DNA of 64,000 bases from NCBI RefSeq assembly GCF_009914755.1, contig NC_060941.1. One strand, 5' to 3'. Position 1 is the first letter of the stretch, and each line of letters starts with the position of its first letter. Shown one piece after another: positions 34,461-59,550 of this stretch. A program made the position numbers and the translations under genes. Below the pieces are notes generated by a model. The model was not told where the DNA came from. It saw nothing but the letters and a program-made list of their open reading frames with translations, and ran no database searches. Source of the stretch: the human T2T-CHM13v2.0 reference genome, Homo sapiens.

Positions 34461-34912
34461 AATTCACACATTCAGCCAACATAGCGTGCCCTCTGTGTGC
34501 TCAGTGGGAATCACACTTGCTGAACAGTTGCTCTGGCATTATGTGGGTGCTTGGTGCCCACTGTTTCATCATGTCCTCATGACACCTTGTTCCCTAGTTA
34601 CCCTGACATCCCTCATGTTTTTAGAGAGTGGGTCTTGTTCTGTCACCCAGGCTGGAGTGCAGTGGCCACTCACAGGTGCCATCCCAGCTCACTGCAGCCT
34701 CGAACTCCTGGGCTCAAGTGATCCTCCCACCTCAGCCTCTTGAGTAGCTGGGAACACAGCTGCGCACCACGCACCACCATGGCCGGCCTTCGCTGACCCC
34801 CTTTTAACACGCTAGGAGCACGAGTTCACTTATACTTAGGAGAGAGGAGTATCTTACCTGCAGCCAGTAAATGTGGATTCAGAGTGTGGGCCAGGCCCAC
34901 TGTTTCAGGTCG

Positions 34913-35088
34913 AGCAGTGATCCCAAAGTGAGTCCTGAGACCAGAGTCAGCATCCCTTGGAGACTCCTTAGGAGTGGACATTTTTCAGCCCCACCCTACA
35001 CCTTCTGAATCAGACACTCTGGGAGTAGCAATGTGGGTCTGACGAGCCCGCCAGGTGATTCTCATACACCCTCAAGTTTAAGGATTGC
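34913..35088. mobile_element. MER5A-like hAT-Charlie DNA transposon fossil
   Basis: cagtgatcccaaagtg...cagcatc...ccccaccc..acc..ctgaatcagacactctgg...ccaggtgattct...ctcaagttt matches the MER5A layout from memory. Confidence 0.7.
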
Positions 35089-35559
35089 GGGACTGGAGTC
35101 ACTATTTCAGCTGGAGTTTCACTGGGTGGCCATGGTGGTTGACCAGCAGTTGTGGGAGTGAGATGAACGACATGGCCTCATTCATCCGTTCCTGGGGATT
35201 TAGATACTGTCTTTGTGCCAGCTGTCCCACCTGCGTTGCCTCGGCCCGGGACTGCCCTCTGAGCTCCAGACACTCAGACCCGATGTATCTGTCCCTGGGG
35301 TGCTGGTTTCCTTGTGCATGGCAGTGCTGTCTGGTGGCCTCAGGTCGGAAATCAGGGGCCGTGCTGATGTCTTCCTCTAAGCCCTCACTTCCAGCCTGTT
35401 GGTGAGTCCCATGTCCCATGGGACCGATTTCGAAAACGCGCCTGGCACCTGTCTGCTTCTGTCTCTTCTCATTGCCAGCATCTTGGCATTTACTGCCAGT
35501 ACAGCTGACAGGGCCTCCTAAACTGCCTGCTCCTTTCAGTTCCATGCAGGCTGACAAGG

Positions 35560-36030
35560 CCCTCACAGAGCAGATCATGGCAGATCCTGACTTGAAACCT
35601 CTGAATAGTTTCCCTTTAAAAACCACATACACCCTCCTGAGCATGACCTGCAGGGCCTGCCTGCCTCTCCACCCACTGTGCCCCCCTCTCTGTGTGCTTC
35701 TCCAGCAGCTTTTGGCTTGGAATGTTCTCCTCCCACCCCTAGGTCTGGTGCCTTCTTGTCCACGAGGCCTCGGCCCAGAAGTCTCCCCACATTTCGTGAC
35801 CATCATATTGAAGTGTATTCTTTCTCCATCTTGTTTTTTGGATGACACTTCCCACCACTTGAAATGGGTTTGTGTTTTCGTCTGTGGCTTGTTCTTGGTC
35901 CATCTCCTGACTGGGCTGGGACCTGTGCAGGCTGGGCTCTCACCCTCCTGCCCACTGTCAAGCCCAGCACCCAGCGCAGGGTGGCACACTGGGAGGACTC
36001 AGCGTTTGTTGTTAAATGAGTAGATTCATT
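35560..36030 (+). mobile_element. L2 fragment
   Basis: cttggaatgttctcctcc...cccagcacccagcgcagggtggcaca...ctcagcgtttgttgttaaatga resembles an L2 3' end. Confidence 0.55.
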
Positions 36031-36871
36031 TGTCCAACAGAGAGTTATTAAACACCGGCGAGTACAGTGCTTGCCATTCATTTGACACCTTTGATACGCC
36101 AGGCAATGTCCCTTTATTCTCACTTTTGAGGTTTACAACAGCTGCCTGTGAAACAAGAAAACTCTTCTGATTTGACAGATGAAGAAACTGAGGCTCAGAG
36201 GGATGAGGCAGCTCATTTACCAGGTCTGACGCTTGGCCAGCCAGTGAGGCCTGCTCCGGGTCTGCCTGTCAAGAGCCTGTGCCCACCGCCAGTGTGTTCC
36301 CCTGGAGGTAGCCTGCATTCACTGGAGAGGATTTGGAAACCGCGCATATTTAAGAGGAAAGGGATGTCAGGACCCCAGTCACAGTAACATCAACAGGCTC
36401 TGGCTCACTTGAACAAAGGCAGGACTGATTAGAAGGATATTGCCTTGCTCAGGGAATCAAAGGGAAGCCCGAGGAAGCAGGCCTGAGGCCGTAGGGGCAG
36501 AGCCCGCAGACCGTCTCTCCAGCAAACAGCCCAAGACGCTGAAGCGCCCTTTCTCCATCCTTGGGTTTCATTGCCCAAGATTCCTAGTCCCCAGGAGAGG
36601 GAGGCCCATCAGCTGAGCTTGGGTCCCACACCCAGCCCTGGGTGCCCTGATGGACTGTCCTAAAAGGCTGCAGTTGGTGGCAGAGGCGTGGCTTCCCAGA
36701 GGAGTTGAGATGCTGTTGCCAGAAGAAGGGTCACACTCATAGTGGATGTCCTGATCAAACTAAACGAAAGAGCAAAGGCAACAAGAATCCACATCTACAA
36801 TCCCACCACCTGGAGAGAGATGCTGTTAGCACTTTGATCTGGTTCTTTCTAGTTTTTTTGTGGGGGAGTAG

Positions 36872-40110
<3,239 letters not shown>

Positions 40111-40669
40111 TCTTTGCATATTTTACATTAAATTTCCAGTTGCTCCAGTACGTTTTCCAGTTACTCCCTGTAGGACTTAGGCTAAAAGACTTGGCACTTT
40201 CTCTTGGCATGTAAAGAAACCCTAGGTTCTTTTGGGGATGGCACGGCCACACTGCCAGCATTCAGGAGCTTCCCCTGGAGCTCCTGAACCCCAGTGTCAC
40301 CCCTGCCATCTCAGTGGGGCTCATGGTGTCTTTCTTGGCGTGTTTCTGGCCCATACCGTGTTTATTTTAAAAATTGTTCATGCTAATTGGCATGGGGTTT
40401 CTTTTAGGGGTGATGGAAACATTCTGGAATTTAGATAGTGGTAGTGGTTGCATAACATTGTTGATACACTAAAGACCATTGAATTGTACACTTTAAATTG
40501 GTAAATTTTATGATATGTGAATTACATTTCCAAAAAATAAAATAAAATTGGCTGTTCAGATGGCTAATAATTCCAAAGCTAACTCACTCCTTCTAGTTAG
40601 ATCTGGCCATTTCATCATTGTAATAGGGATTGTAGACAAAAGTGCATGATCCCTTTATTTATTTATGTA

Positions 40670-50320
<9,651 letters not shown>

Positions 50321-50815
50321 GAAAGTCTAGTTATAATAATTACATTTATTTAGTACGTCTGTATCAGGCATTACTCAGGTGTCCTCACAGTTTTTTATTT
50401 GATCATACCAGCAACACTGTGAGGAAACTGACCTCACAGTGGAAGTCACTGGCTTGCCCAAGGTCCCCAGCTCGTATGTATCAGAACCAGACTTAGGGCC
50501 TAATTTTGAGGGTAAGACAAAAAGGTAGAATCCTTTTTCTGAAGACTTTCTGTGTGCCAGGTGCAGTACTGAGACTCTGATGCATAATTTTCCACTAAAT
50601 CCCCGAAGGCACTCACGAGGTAGATGCTGTCCTTATCCCTGTGTCACCACACAGGGACCAGACAACCTGCTGAGGGATAGAGATACTCACGTGAGAAGCT
50701 GGTGGTATCTATGCGCAGTGGCCACATAAGTGCTCATGGCTGGGCTCCAGGAGGCTCAGGGGGAACCCCATGCCCTCTTCTATTTTTACCTCTTACCATA
50801 TATAAAATTTAACCC

Positions 50816-51117
<302 letters not shown>

Positions 51118-53861
51118 TAACCCCAAATGGGTTAAATACATATAAATACATATATACATATAAAAGCTAAAAGTATAAAACTTCTGCTCTTCAAAAGGCA
51201 CTGTTCAGAAAATGAAAAGACAAATCACAGATCATGAAAAAATATTTGCAAAATGCATTGTCTGATAAAGGACTGGTTTCTAGAATACATTAACTACTCT
51301 CACAACTCAATACAAACAGCCCACTTTGTTTTGCCGTTTATGTGACCCCTGATAAGTCACAGACCCTCTCTGAGCCTCCATTTCTTCATCTGTACGGGAT
51401 CTCGTCACCACTATCGTGGCACATCATTTTCCCACGCAAACCCTTTCTGCAGAGCAGCTCCGTATTTTGTCTGCAGAGTGGCGCCGGTCCGAGATGAAAC
51501 ACGGAAACTGGGTGTGTGTGATTGGAAATGTTCATGGCAGTTTGTCTGATGCAGTGTTCAGGCACATGATTTGATTTCATATCTTACAAAAGCATTGGTC
51601 ACAATGCAGTGGAAATTAAAAAAACAAAACCTGACCCTTCTCTTCCCACACTCCCAGATTTTCCATGTTCCAGCCACACTCCAGGGTTTTCCCCATTCCT
51701 CAAACACCTGAGCACCGGCCTGCCTTGGAACATCAGTGTTTGTTTTTCCCTCTGCCTGGAATGTTCTTGCCGACCTGTGGAGAGCCAGCCGCCTTGTCAG
51801 TCGGGTCCAGAGAAGATGCCGCCTTTGCAGTGAGGCCTCTGTGTGAGGTTGGAGCTCTGTGCTGACTGCAGAGCCCTTGCCCCCTGGCTATCGTTGTCTG
51901 TGGCCTGTGTGCCTCCTCCTGCTATGTGCACTCCATGGGTCTCCTGTTGACCATCGTCTCTCTGGTTCCTGGAACTGTACCTCATGCAATATTGGCTAAA
52001 TTACTACACAAGTCAGGAAAGTTTGGCTACTTGGAATGTTGCCGTGAGGCTTAGATACGATGATGGACACTGCATGCCTGTGGAGTGGGTCTGCTGAAAA
52101 CATTAGCCCCAGGCTCTTGCCCCCCATCCAGCCTGCACCAGCGATTTACAGTCCTGTGGGGAAGATGCGAAGTAAGTTATAGAGATGTGTAGCTCCGACT
52201 GTGACATTGCTAGGGAGGACAATTAGACTGGGAGAGTTCAGGGAAGGCTTAGGAGGTGGCAGCTTTAGAAGGATAGGTGCTCACTGGGCTAGGAGAAGGG
52301 CCCTGTGCATATGTGTGTGTGTGTGCATGTGTGTGTGCACACACGTGTCCATGAAGGAATGTTCCAGTCAGAGGAAATGGCACATGTGAGGCTCTGAGCA
52401 GGAAAAAGCATAATACAGTCAAGCAGTGAGAGGAGGTTGTCGTGGGTGGGCGTGGCAAGCGAGGTGGCCACAGGGAAAGGTGGCGCTGGGACAGCGGTAG
52501 GGCTGGTCTGCTCTGCAGATCCGGCCCTTTTCCCACGTCCCGTGTGCTGGCCGGTTGCAGAGGGTCATGTGGTGTCTGCCTTTGTGAAGTGGGACTCCTG
52601 AAGCGACCTCCAACTGGAAGAAAGCCACCCTAAGGCACCCATGTCCCATTTCCTTGTCATACACAGGGAAAAACGGAGTCCCTGGGAGGGCAAGGACCTG
52701 CCCGGCTCTGCCCCAGGGTGGCAGAGCCCTGAGCTCCCTGTGCAGCCTGGGCCACTCAGTGTTTCTGTTTGTTTATGCAGGAACCAGAGGAGCTTAGGGA
52801 AAAAGTGCATCCAGTCCTGCCCCTCCTCTGCTTAAAATCTGCTGCTGGTTAACCTCTGTAGCTGTAACAGGGTCTGTGAGTTAAGGGTTGGTTGCCAGTG
52901 TCAGAAATCAACAAGGGTGTTGGAATCTGGATGGCTGTAGAGACAGCCTGGAGCTGGGCAGGGCTCAGTTAGGGTGCCTGGGGCCCATGGGCCAGAGCAG
53001 GTGCCGTGCTTAGGCTGCGCCCACCCCTGGCTGCACTGGGGTGGTGAGAGCAGCCAGGACCTGCTACCCTATAGGAAAAAGTCAATTTCCCCAGGGAATC
53101 GAGGCAAAGGGAAAGGATGCCGAGAGCCCACCAGTGGCGAGAGGATGCCGGTGGCTTGCCAGGCCCCGGTCTGCTCCCTGCCCCCCGGGGAGCACCAGCA
53201 CCCCAGTTTGCTGTCCATCGGCCCAGACACACCCTGCCCCATGTCCGTTAGCACCTGGAATGCGCTGTGTGCTAGGGATGCCCCTGTGGTCAGCTTGCCT
53301 GTCCTGAAGAAAGCCTTCCTTGGGCAGCCTGTGGCTTCTTTGTAGGCCTGTCCCAGGTGTTATGTAACCATTGTTTAAGAGGGCCTTGACCGCTGTCTCC
53401 TCAGCTGTAAGCTCCCTGAGGGTAGGAACTGCTTTTTGTCTTGGTTTTCTTTCTTCAGTGCCTAACAGTACGCACTGCCCACATGCATGTGGGGCAGGAG
53501 GTGGCAGTGGCCCAGCAGGTGGAAGGGGTGGCACACACGGCCGCCCTCTGCTCCCTGTGTTTGGGTTATGCTGTGCAGTGTTCGCTGGGTGTGAAGAGGG
53601 GACAGGGCTGGGTTTGTCGTGACTCTGCTGCTTTCTAGCTACTGGAGTGTGGACCAGCCATGTGCGCTCCCTGAGTGCTGGCGTCCTGGGCTGGACTCCC
53701 TCCCAGCACTGACTGCCTGGCGCTGGGCCTTGGTGTCAGGCCTCCATCCCTCCCTGCCTGTTAGCTGAGGTCTAGGCTGACCCCTGCCCTCGGCTCTTGG
53801 TTGGCTCCCAGGTCTGATGTCACTTTCTTCTCACCACCTGCCCTTGCCTGTTTGCGTCCAG

Positions 53862-53976
53862 TATGCCTGGGTGGAGAAGTACTTTGGCCCTGACTTTCTG
53901 GAGCAGATTGTGCTGACCAGAGACAAGACCGTGGTCTCTGCTGACCTTCTCATAGACGACCGGCCGGACATCACAG
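53862..53976 (+). CDS. NT5M: NT5M coding exon 4 (YAWVEKYFGPDFLEQIVLTRDKTVVSADLLIDDRPDIT-G; HAD motifs III K165 and IV D175/D176)
   Basis: Acceptor tttgcgtccag. 115 nt ending at the non-canonical donor CAG|GCAAGT (53977), which gives the 228-aa protein I recognise. An alternative in-frame CAG|GTGAGG donor is at 53995. Confidence 0.93.
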
Positions 53977-54459
53977 GCAAGTGGCCTGCGACAGGTGAGG
54001 AGCACGTGGGGAGGGCCCCAGCCTTGGCCCCCTTCTCCTGGGCAGTGAGCACTCAGTTGCTTCCTGCCCCACTTAGTCACCAGCTGTTTGCCAGGCACTG
54101 AGCCCCTCCCCTTCGGGAAGACAAGGCCCCCTCTGTATGGGCTGTGGCCTGGTGCTCCTGGGAGCTGGGAGGAGTGGGTGCCAGCTCTAGGGTTAGCTTG
54201 AGGGGTGGCCTTGGGGAAGTCCCTTCAGCTTCAAAGCCTTGTCTTCCTCATGTAACATGGGGACTCAACTCTGGTTTCCAAATGTTTGTTTTTAGCAACA
54301 AAACCCATTTTTTCCCCCAAAAGCAATGTGGACTGATGCAATGAATGACAGGAGGGCAGAGCAGAGCTCCTGCAGGGAAGGTGGGTTGGGACAGAAGACC
54401 CCCCTCCCCAAAACCAAACAAGCCAGTCAACCTTGAACTGCCGTAGAAAGGAGAGGGAG

Positions 54460-54933
<474 letters not shown>

Positions 54934-55473
54934 CTAACTGGAAAGGGGTGAGGAGGGCTTTGGCCGGCCAAATCTAGGCGTTGAAACTGCCCGTGAGTGT
55001 TGTTTCTTTGTCTCTTGCCTCTGCCCTGGCCTGGTTTTTGACATCCTCCTCCTGGTAGCCGTCAGTAGTTTCAGGTCGAGTCTTTTGGACACCCCAGTGG
55101 GAATATACATTCTATTTTTTTCCCTGATTGTTTTAGAACTGGCTTGGGAAACATGCCCACCTCCATCACTGCGTCCAGAGGGTGGACTCCACGAGTGTAC
55201 CCACCCCACCCCACCCTCCCCAGCCTCGTGGGTTCCCGCCAGAGTCAGGGCAGACAGTGGTCTGTGGGGTCCCGTGACCTTGAGGGCCCAAAGGCTGGCT
55301 TGGCCTCCATCTCCAGCCACAGGTTGTTGGGGGCGGGTGTATAACCCAAAGGGGTGGCGTCACCAGCAGCACCAGTGTGGACACGAGGGAATGAGGCCTG
55401 GAGAGGCTGCAGGGGCCTGTGATCAGCGGCTGGTGAGCTGCAGAGCTGGTGCCACCTGGCCTTCCCACACCAG

Positions 55474-55605
55474 GCCATCAGGATGGTGGGGCACAGAGAG
55501 GGAAGTTGGGGGAACACCGTGTGGTGTAAGCCATCAGGATGGCAGGGCACGGAGAGGGAAGTCGGGGGAACACCATGTGGTGTAAGCCATCAGGAGGCGG
55601 GGCAC
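55474..55605. repeat. 56-bp tandem repeat, about 2.3 copies
   Basis: gccatcagga starts at 55474, 55530 and 55586. Confidence 0.9.
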
Positions 55606-55816
55606 ATGTCCCTTGCCAGTGCTGGTGGTGACAGTGACCCGCAGTCAGTCCCTGTTGACTGAGCACTGGCTGCGCGTGCTGACGGCCTCCTTGCCGCATC
55701 TCGTGCCATCCTCACACCCGCTGCGAAGGCGGGTGTGCGTGCAGTCACCCCTTTACAGAGGAAACAAGTTTTGGCAAGGCCAGATGCCTGCCTGGATACC
55801 CAGGTTTCCACCCTAG

Positions 55817-56014
<198 letters not shown>

Positions 56015-56725
56015 GCTGGACTGTGCTTCGGGCTCCTCTGTGGGGCTCTGACCTCAGGGCTCCCAGCTCGGGGCCTGTGGGGCCAGTATGCTGGTCTGGG
56101 AGTCCCTCCTAGACTCCTGGGCCCCATGACCTCCTGCTGCATGTCCCTTCCCTTCCCCAGCCCTGCCAGGCCTTAACCTGATCACGGGGCAGGGCTGGGC
56201 CCTCTGGGCGCTTGGACATAGACACGTGGTCCCAGGCCGTTCAGCCTGACCTCAGGCAGCAGGCACCAAGCTGCCAGAAGCCCAGGGGCTCAGGACAGGG
56301 AGGAGTTGAGGCCACTGTTCAGGGGGCTGGTGGCCGTCTCCACTCCCTAGGCAAGTTCTCTGAGGCAGAAGGGGGTTCCCTGTTCCCAGAGTCTGCAGCC
56401 ATCAGCAAGGAGGACCAGGAACCCGGCGACTGAGGTGCTTCCAGGTGGGGACAAGCCCCTCTTGGTCTCAGCCACAGCACCCCTTATTCCAGCTGCCCTG
56501 CCCAACCTGCTCACCCCACATGACCTTCTGTGTATTCAGCAAACACTCACTAGGTGACAGCGGCCACCAGGCTCTGTGCTGGGGGACGATACTGGCCCTG
56601 GCCTCGACCAGCTTAGAGGTTTCTCACACCTCTGTTCCCAGGGCCCCGCTCAGGGCCCAGCAGAGAGTCCGTAGGCTTGAACATGTGTTGAGTGCATGAA
56701 AAATAAATGCTGTTCATGTGTGTAG
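56015..56725 (+). other. NT5M: NT5M 3' UTR (end approximate)
   Basis: Runs from the stop codon to the AATAAA at 56702, which is followed by TG-rich sequence. Confidence 0.8.
56702..56707 (+). terminator. Polyadenylation signal AATAAA of NT5M
   Basis: AATAAA about 690 nt after the stop codon, with downstream tgttcatgtgtg. Confidence 0.85.
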
Positions 56726-56865
56726 CTCAAGGCTGTGGCCTGCCCTAAGATCCTCTAGCGTCTGCCCCCACTGGGGACCCAGCTTCAGGTCTTGTAAGTG
56801 TCTGGGCAGTTCCACTGCATTGAAGACAGGCGGAGGAAGGCATGACTTCAGCCCATGCCTCGCAG

Positions 56866-56987
56866 GGTGGGTCCTAGTGGTGGTCTCCTCGGGCCACCCA
56901 CCCACTCTCGTTGGTGAGACTTAGGAGGTGGGTCTTAGTGGTGGTCTCCTCGGGCCACCCACCCACTCTCATTGGTGAGGTTTAGGA
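56866..56987. repeat. 61-bp tandem duplication
   Basis: ggtgggtc(c/t)tagtggtggtctcctcgggccacccacccactctc(g/a)ttggtgag..ttagga occurs twice. Confidence 0.92.
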
Positions 56988-57496
56988 GTTGGGCTCCAGA
57001 CACTCGGTTGCTCTCTCAAGTGCCTCCTTCCCGCACCTGCCCCAGTGCTTCAGAGCAGGGTCCCCCGTCCCCCTCTCCTCCGCTCTTCTCCCAAGGCCAA
57101 GTTTCTGTGGGATCGCAGGAGCCCTGTGGGGAAGGCTGGTGTTAGAGTCTCAGCTTCTGTTCCTTTTGACCCGCTGGGAAGTGACAGCTTGAACCAGCCA
57201 CCTCCCCACTACCCTTTGGAGAGGTTTTGGGACCACTTTCTTGTCCTTATGCCCTTCCCCTTACTGCTCTGGCCGCTCTCCCATCATGGCCCTTGAAGGG
57301 AACATGGGTTGCCCATGCCCCTAATTCACCCCAGCTCTGGGGCCCTCCTGGCAGGCCTCTCTGCCTTATATGACAGAGATGCTTTGGGCTGCCCTGGAGG
57401 CAGGGTCAGATAGGAGAGAAGACAAGGGGAAGGCACCCATGGCCCAAGGTTGGCTGAGCTTTTTGATGTTCCTGTTCTTATAGTCTCAGGAGCTTG

Positions 57497-57757
57497 GGCT
57501 CCATCACCCACCTTAGGGAGGGAGGACCCCTCCAGGCTCCATCACCCCAGCTTAGGGAGGGAGGACCCCTCCAGGCTCCATCACCCCAGCTAAGGGAGGA
57601 AGGACCCCTCCAGGCCCCATAACCCCAGCTTAGGGAGGAAGGACCCTTCCAGGCTCCATCACCCCAGCTTAGGGAGGGAGGATCCCTCCAGGCTCCGTCA
57701 CCCACCTTAGGGAGGGAGGACTCCTCCAGGCTCCATCACCCCAGCTTAGGGAGGAAG
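57497..57757. repeat. 38-39-bp GC-rich minisatellite, about 7 copies
   Basis: Unit ggctccatcaccccagcttagggagggaggacccctcca with variant units. Confidence 0.95.
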
Positions 57758-59158
57758 AACTCTAGGCTTGGCCAAAGGCAGATCTCCACGGCACCCCCAC
57801 CCCCTTACCCGCTGAACTGACATTTTTCTTTGGGGTGAAGGGGAGAGGCTGAACCAGGAATATATTTGGGGTTGCATCACATGATCTGAAACCATCTGGT
57901 CCAGGCAGGGTGGTGGTTGGAAGAGTCCTGGCTGTCTTGCCACATGGCTCTGGAGGGAAGTCTGACCCTGGGGTGCTGGCTGCCCAGCTGCTCCTGAGTC
58001 CCTCTGCCTCTTCCTGCTGTCTGAGGTCTCACCTGTGGGGCCCTGAAAGTCCCTCCTCATGAAGGGCCAGGAGAATGTGTGATGTGCAACTCCTTTCTTG
58101 TCCCCAGCAGGGCCTGTCCACCTGCTCCACGCCCTGTCCTGAGAGGGACTGCCCCATCAGAAGACTCGAGTCACAGGGACTCTCCTGGGGCCAGCCACAC
58201 CCTGAAAACATTGTGACTATAGCTTGGGGTGCAGAAAACAACTTGGCTTGTTTCCATCCTGGGGGTCCTTCTGATGACAGAAACTCAATCCTGTCCAGAT
58301 TTTCTCAGCCACATCCTGGTTTCTCCCTCCCTCCTCCTGCCCAGGGAGAGCCCCGGGCCTGGGGGCTGACTTGGTGCAGGGGTGTGGGTCGGGTTGCTGA
58401 GAGCAGTGTTCATGGACCCCGAGGGAGCTGTGGAGGGGCCCTGAGGCCTTCTGTCCACAAAGAGGGGAGCAGGGCCTGGTGGGGTACCACTGGGGGACAT
58501 TCCCTCCTGCCTCTTACACCAGCCAGGGAATCTTTGTTGAGTCTAGGGCAGGGCAGGGCTGGGCAGTCTCCGTCAGCTCCTAACCAAGCATCCGCAGGAG
58601 TAACATGCTCTGAATCCTTCAGGAGACGGACTGTTGCGAAACCTTTTAGACTGATAATTGCCATCAGTTTTAAAGGTCAGTTTAGGAACTCCATGCTCCA
58701 AATTGCCACATTTGTTCTCTGCTGTTATCATCACTCACCCCGAGGTGGGCAGCTGCTTCAGCCACATAATTTATTTAAAGAAAAAAAAATAATTGCAGGG
58801 GCAAAAATGTTTCAGAACATGACCCCACCCGACGGTCTCAAAGCAACTTGCTGTGACGTTAACAAGCACTTCGAGGGGTGCCTGGGGCTGCCGAGGCACT
58901 GTGGAGCAGCAGGAGGAGGCCCCGGGGGCCTCAGGTCCCAGCACGGTCTCCTATGTGGAAGAAGGGGCCAGCCCCTGGCTGAGACGCCCTGCAGAGACCC
59001 AGGGCTGGGGGGAGCTTGCTGAGGTGGAAATGGGAAGCAGACGTTGATGAGTGAGGTGCCGTCTGCACCTGGATGCTCAGCCGGCTGCTGCCGTCCCCAT
59101 TGCACTGACCTTGGCTGAGACCCCAAATTCATGATCGTGTCAACAGTCTCCTGATTGA

Positions 59159-59550
<392 letters not shown>

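Noticed and set aside
35102-35989. 295-aa minus-strand ORF and overlapping 201-aa plus-strand ORF
   Set aside because: They overlap an L2-like fragment and have no recognisable protein motif.
52463-53525. CTCF-like motifs (aaaggtggcgctg about 52477; ccagcaggtgga about 53512)
   Set aside because: Only partial matches in GC-rich DNA; cannot be supported without a PWM scan or ChIP data.
58075-59022. 315-aa ORF
   Set aside because: No recognisable domain, composition typical of GC-rich non-coding DNA, and no supporting promoter or splice structure.
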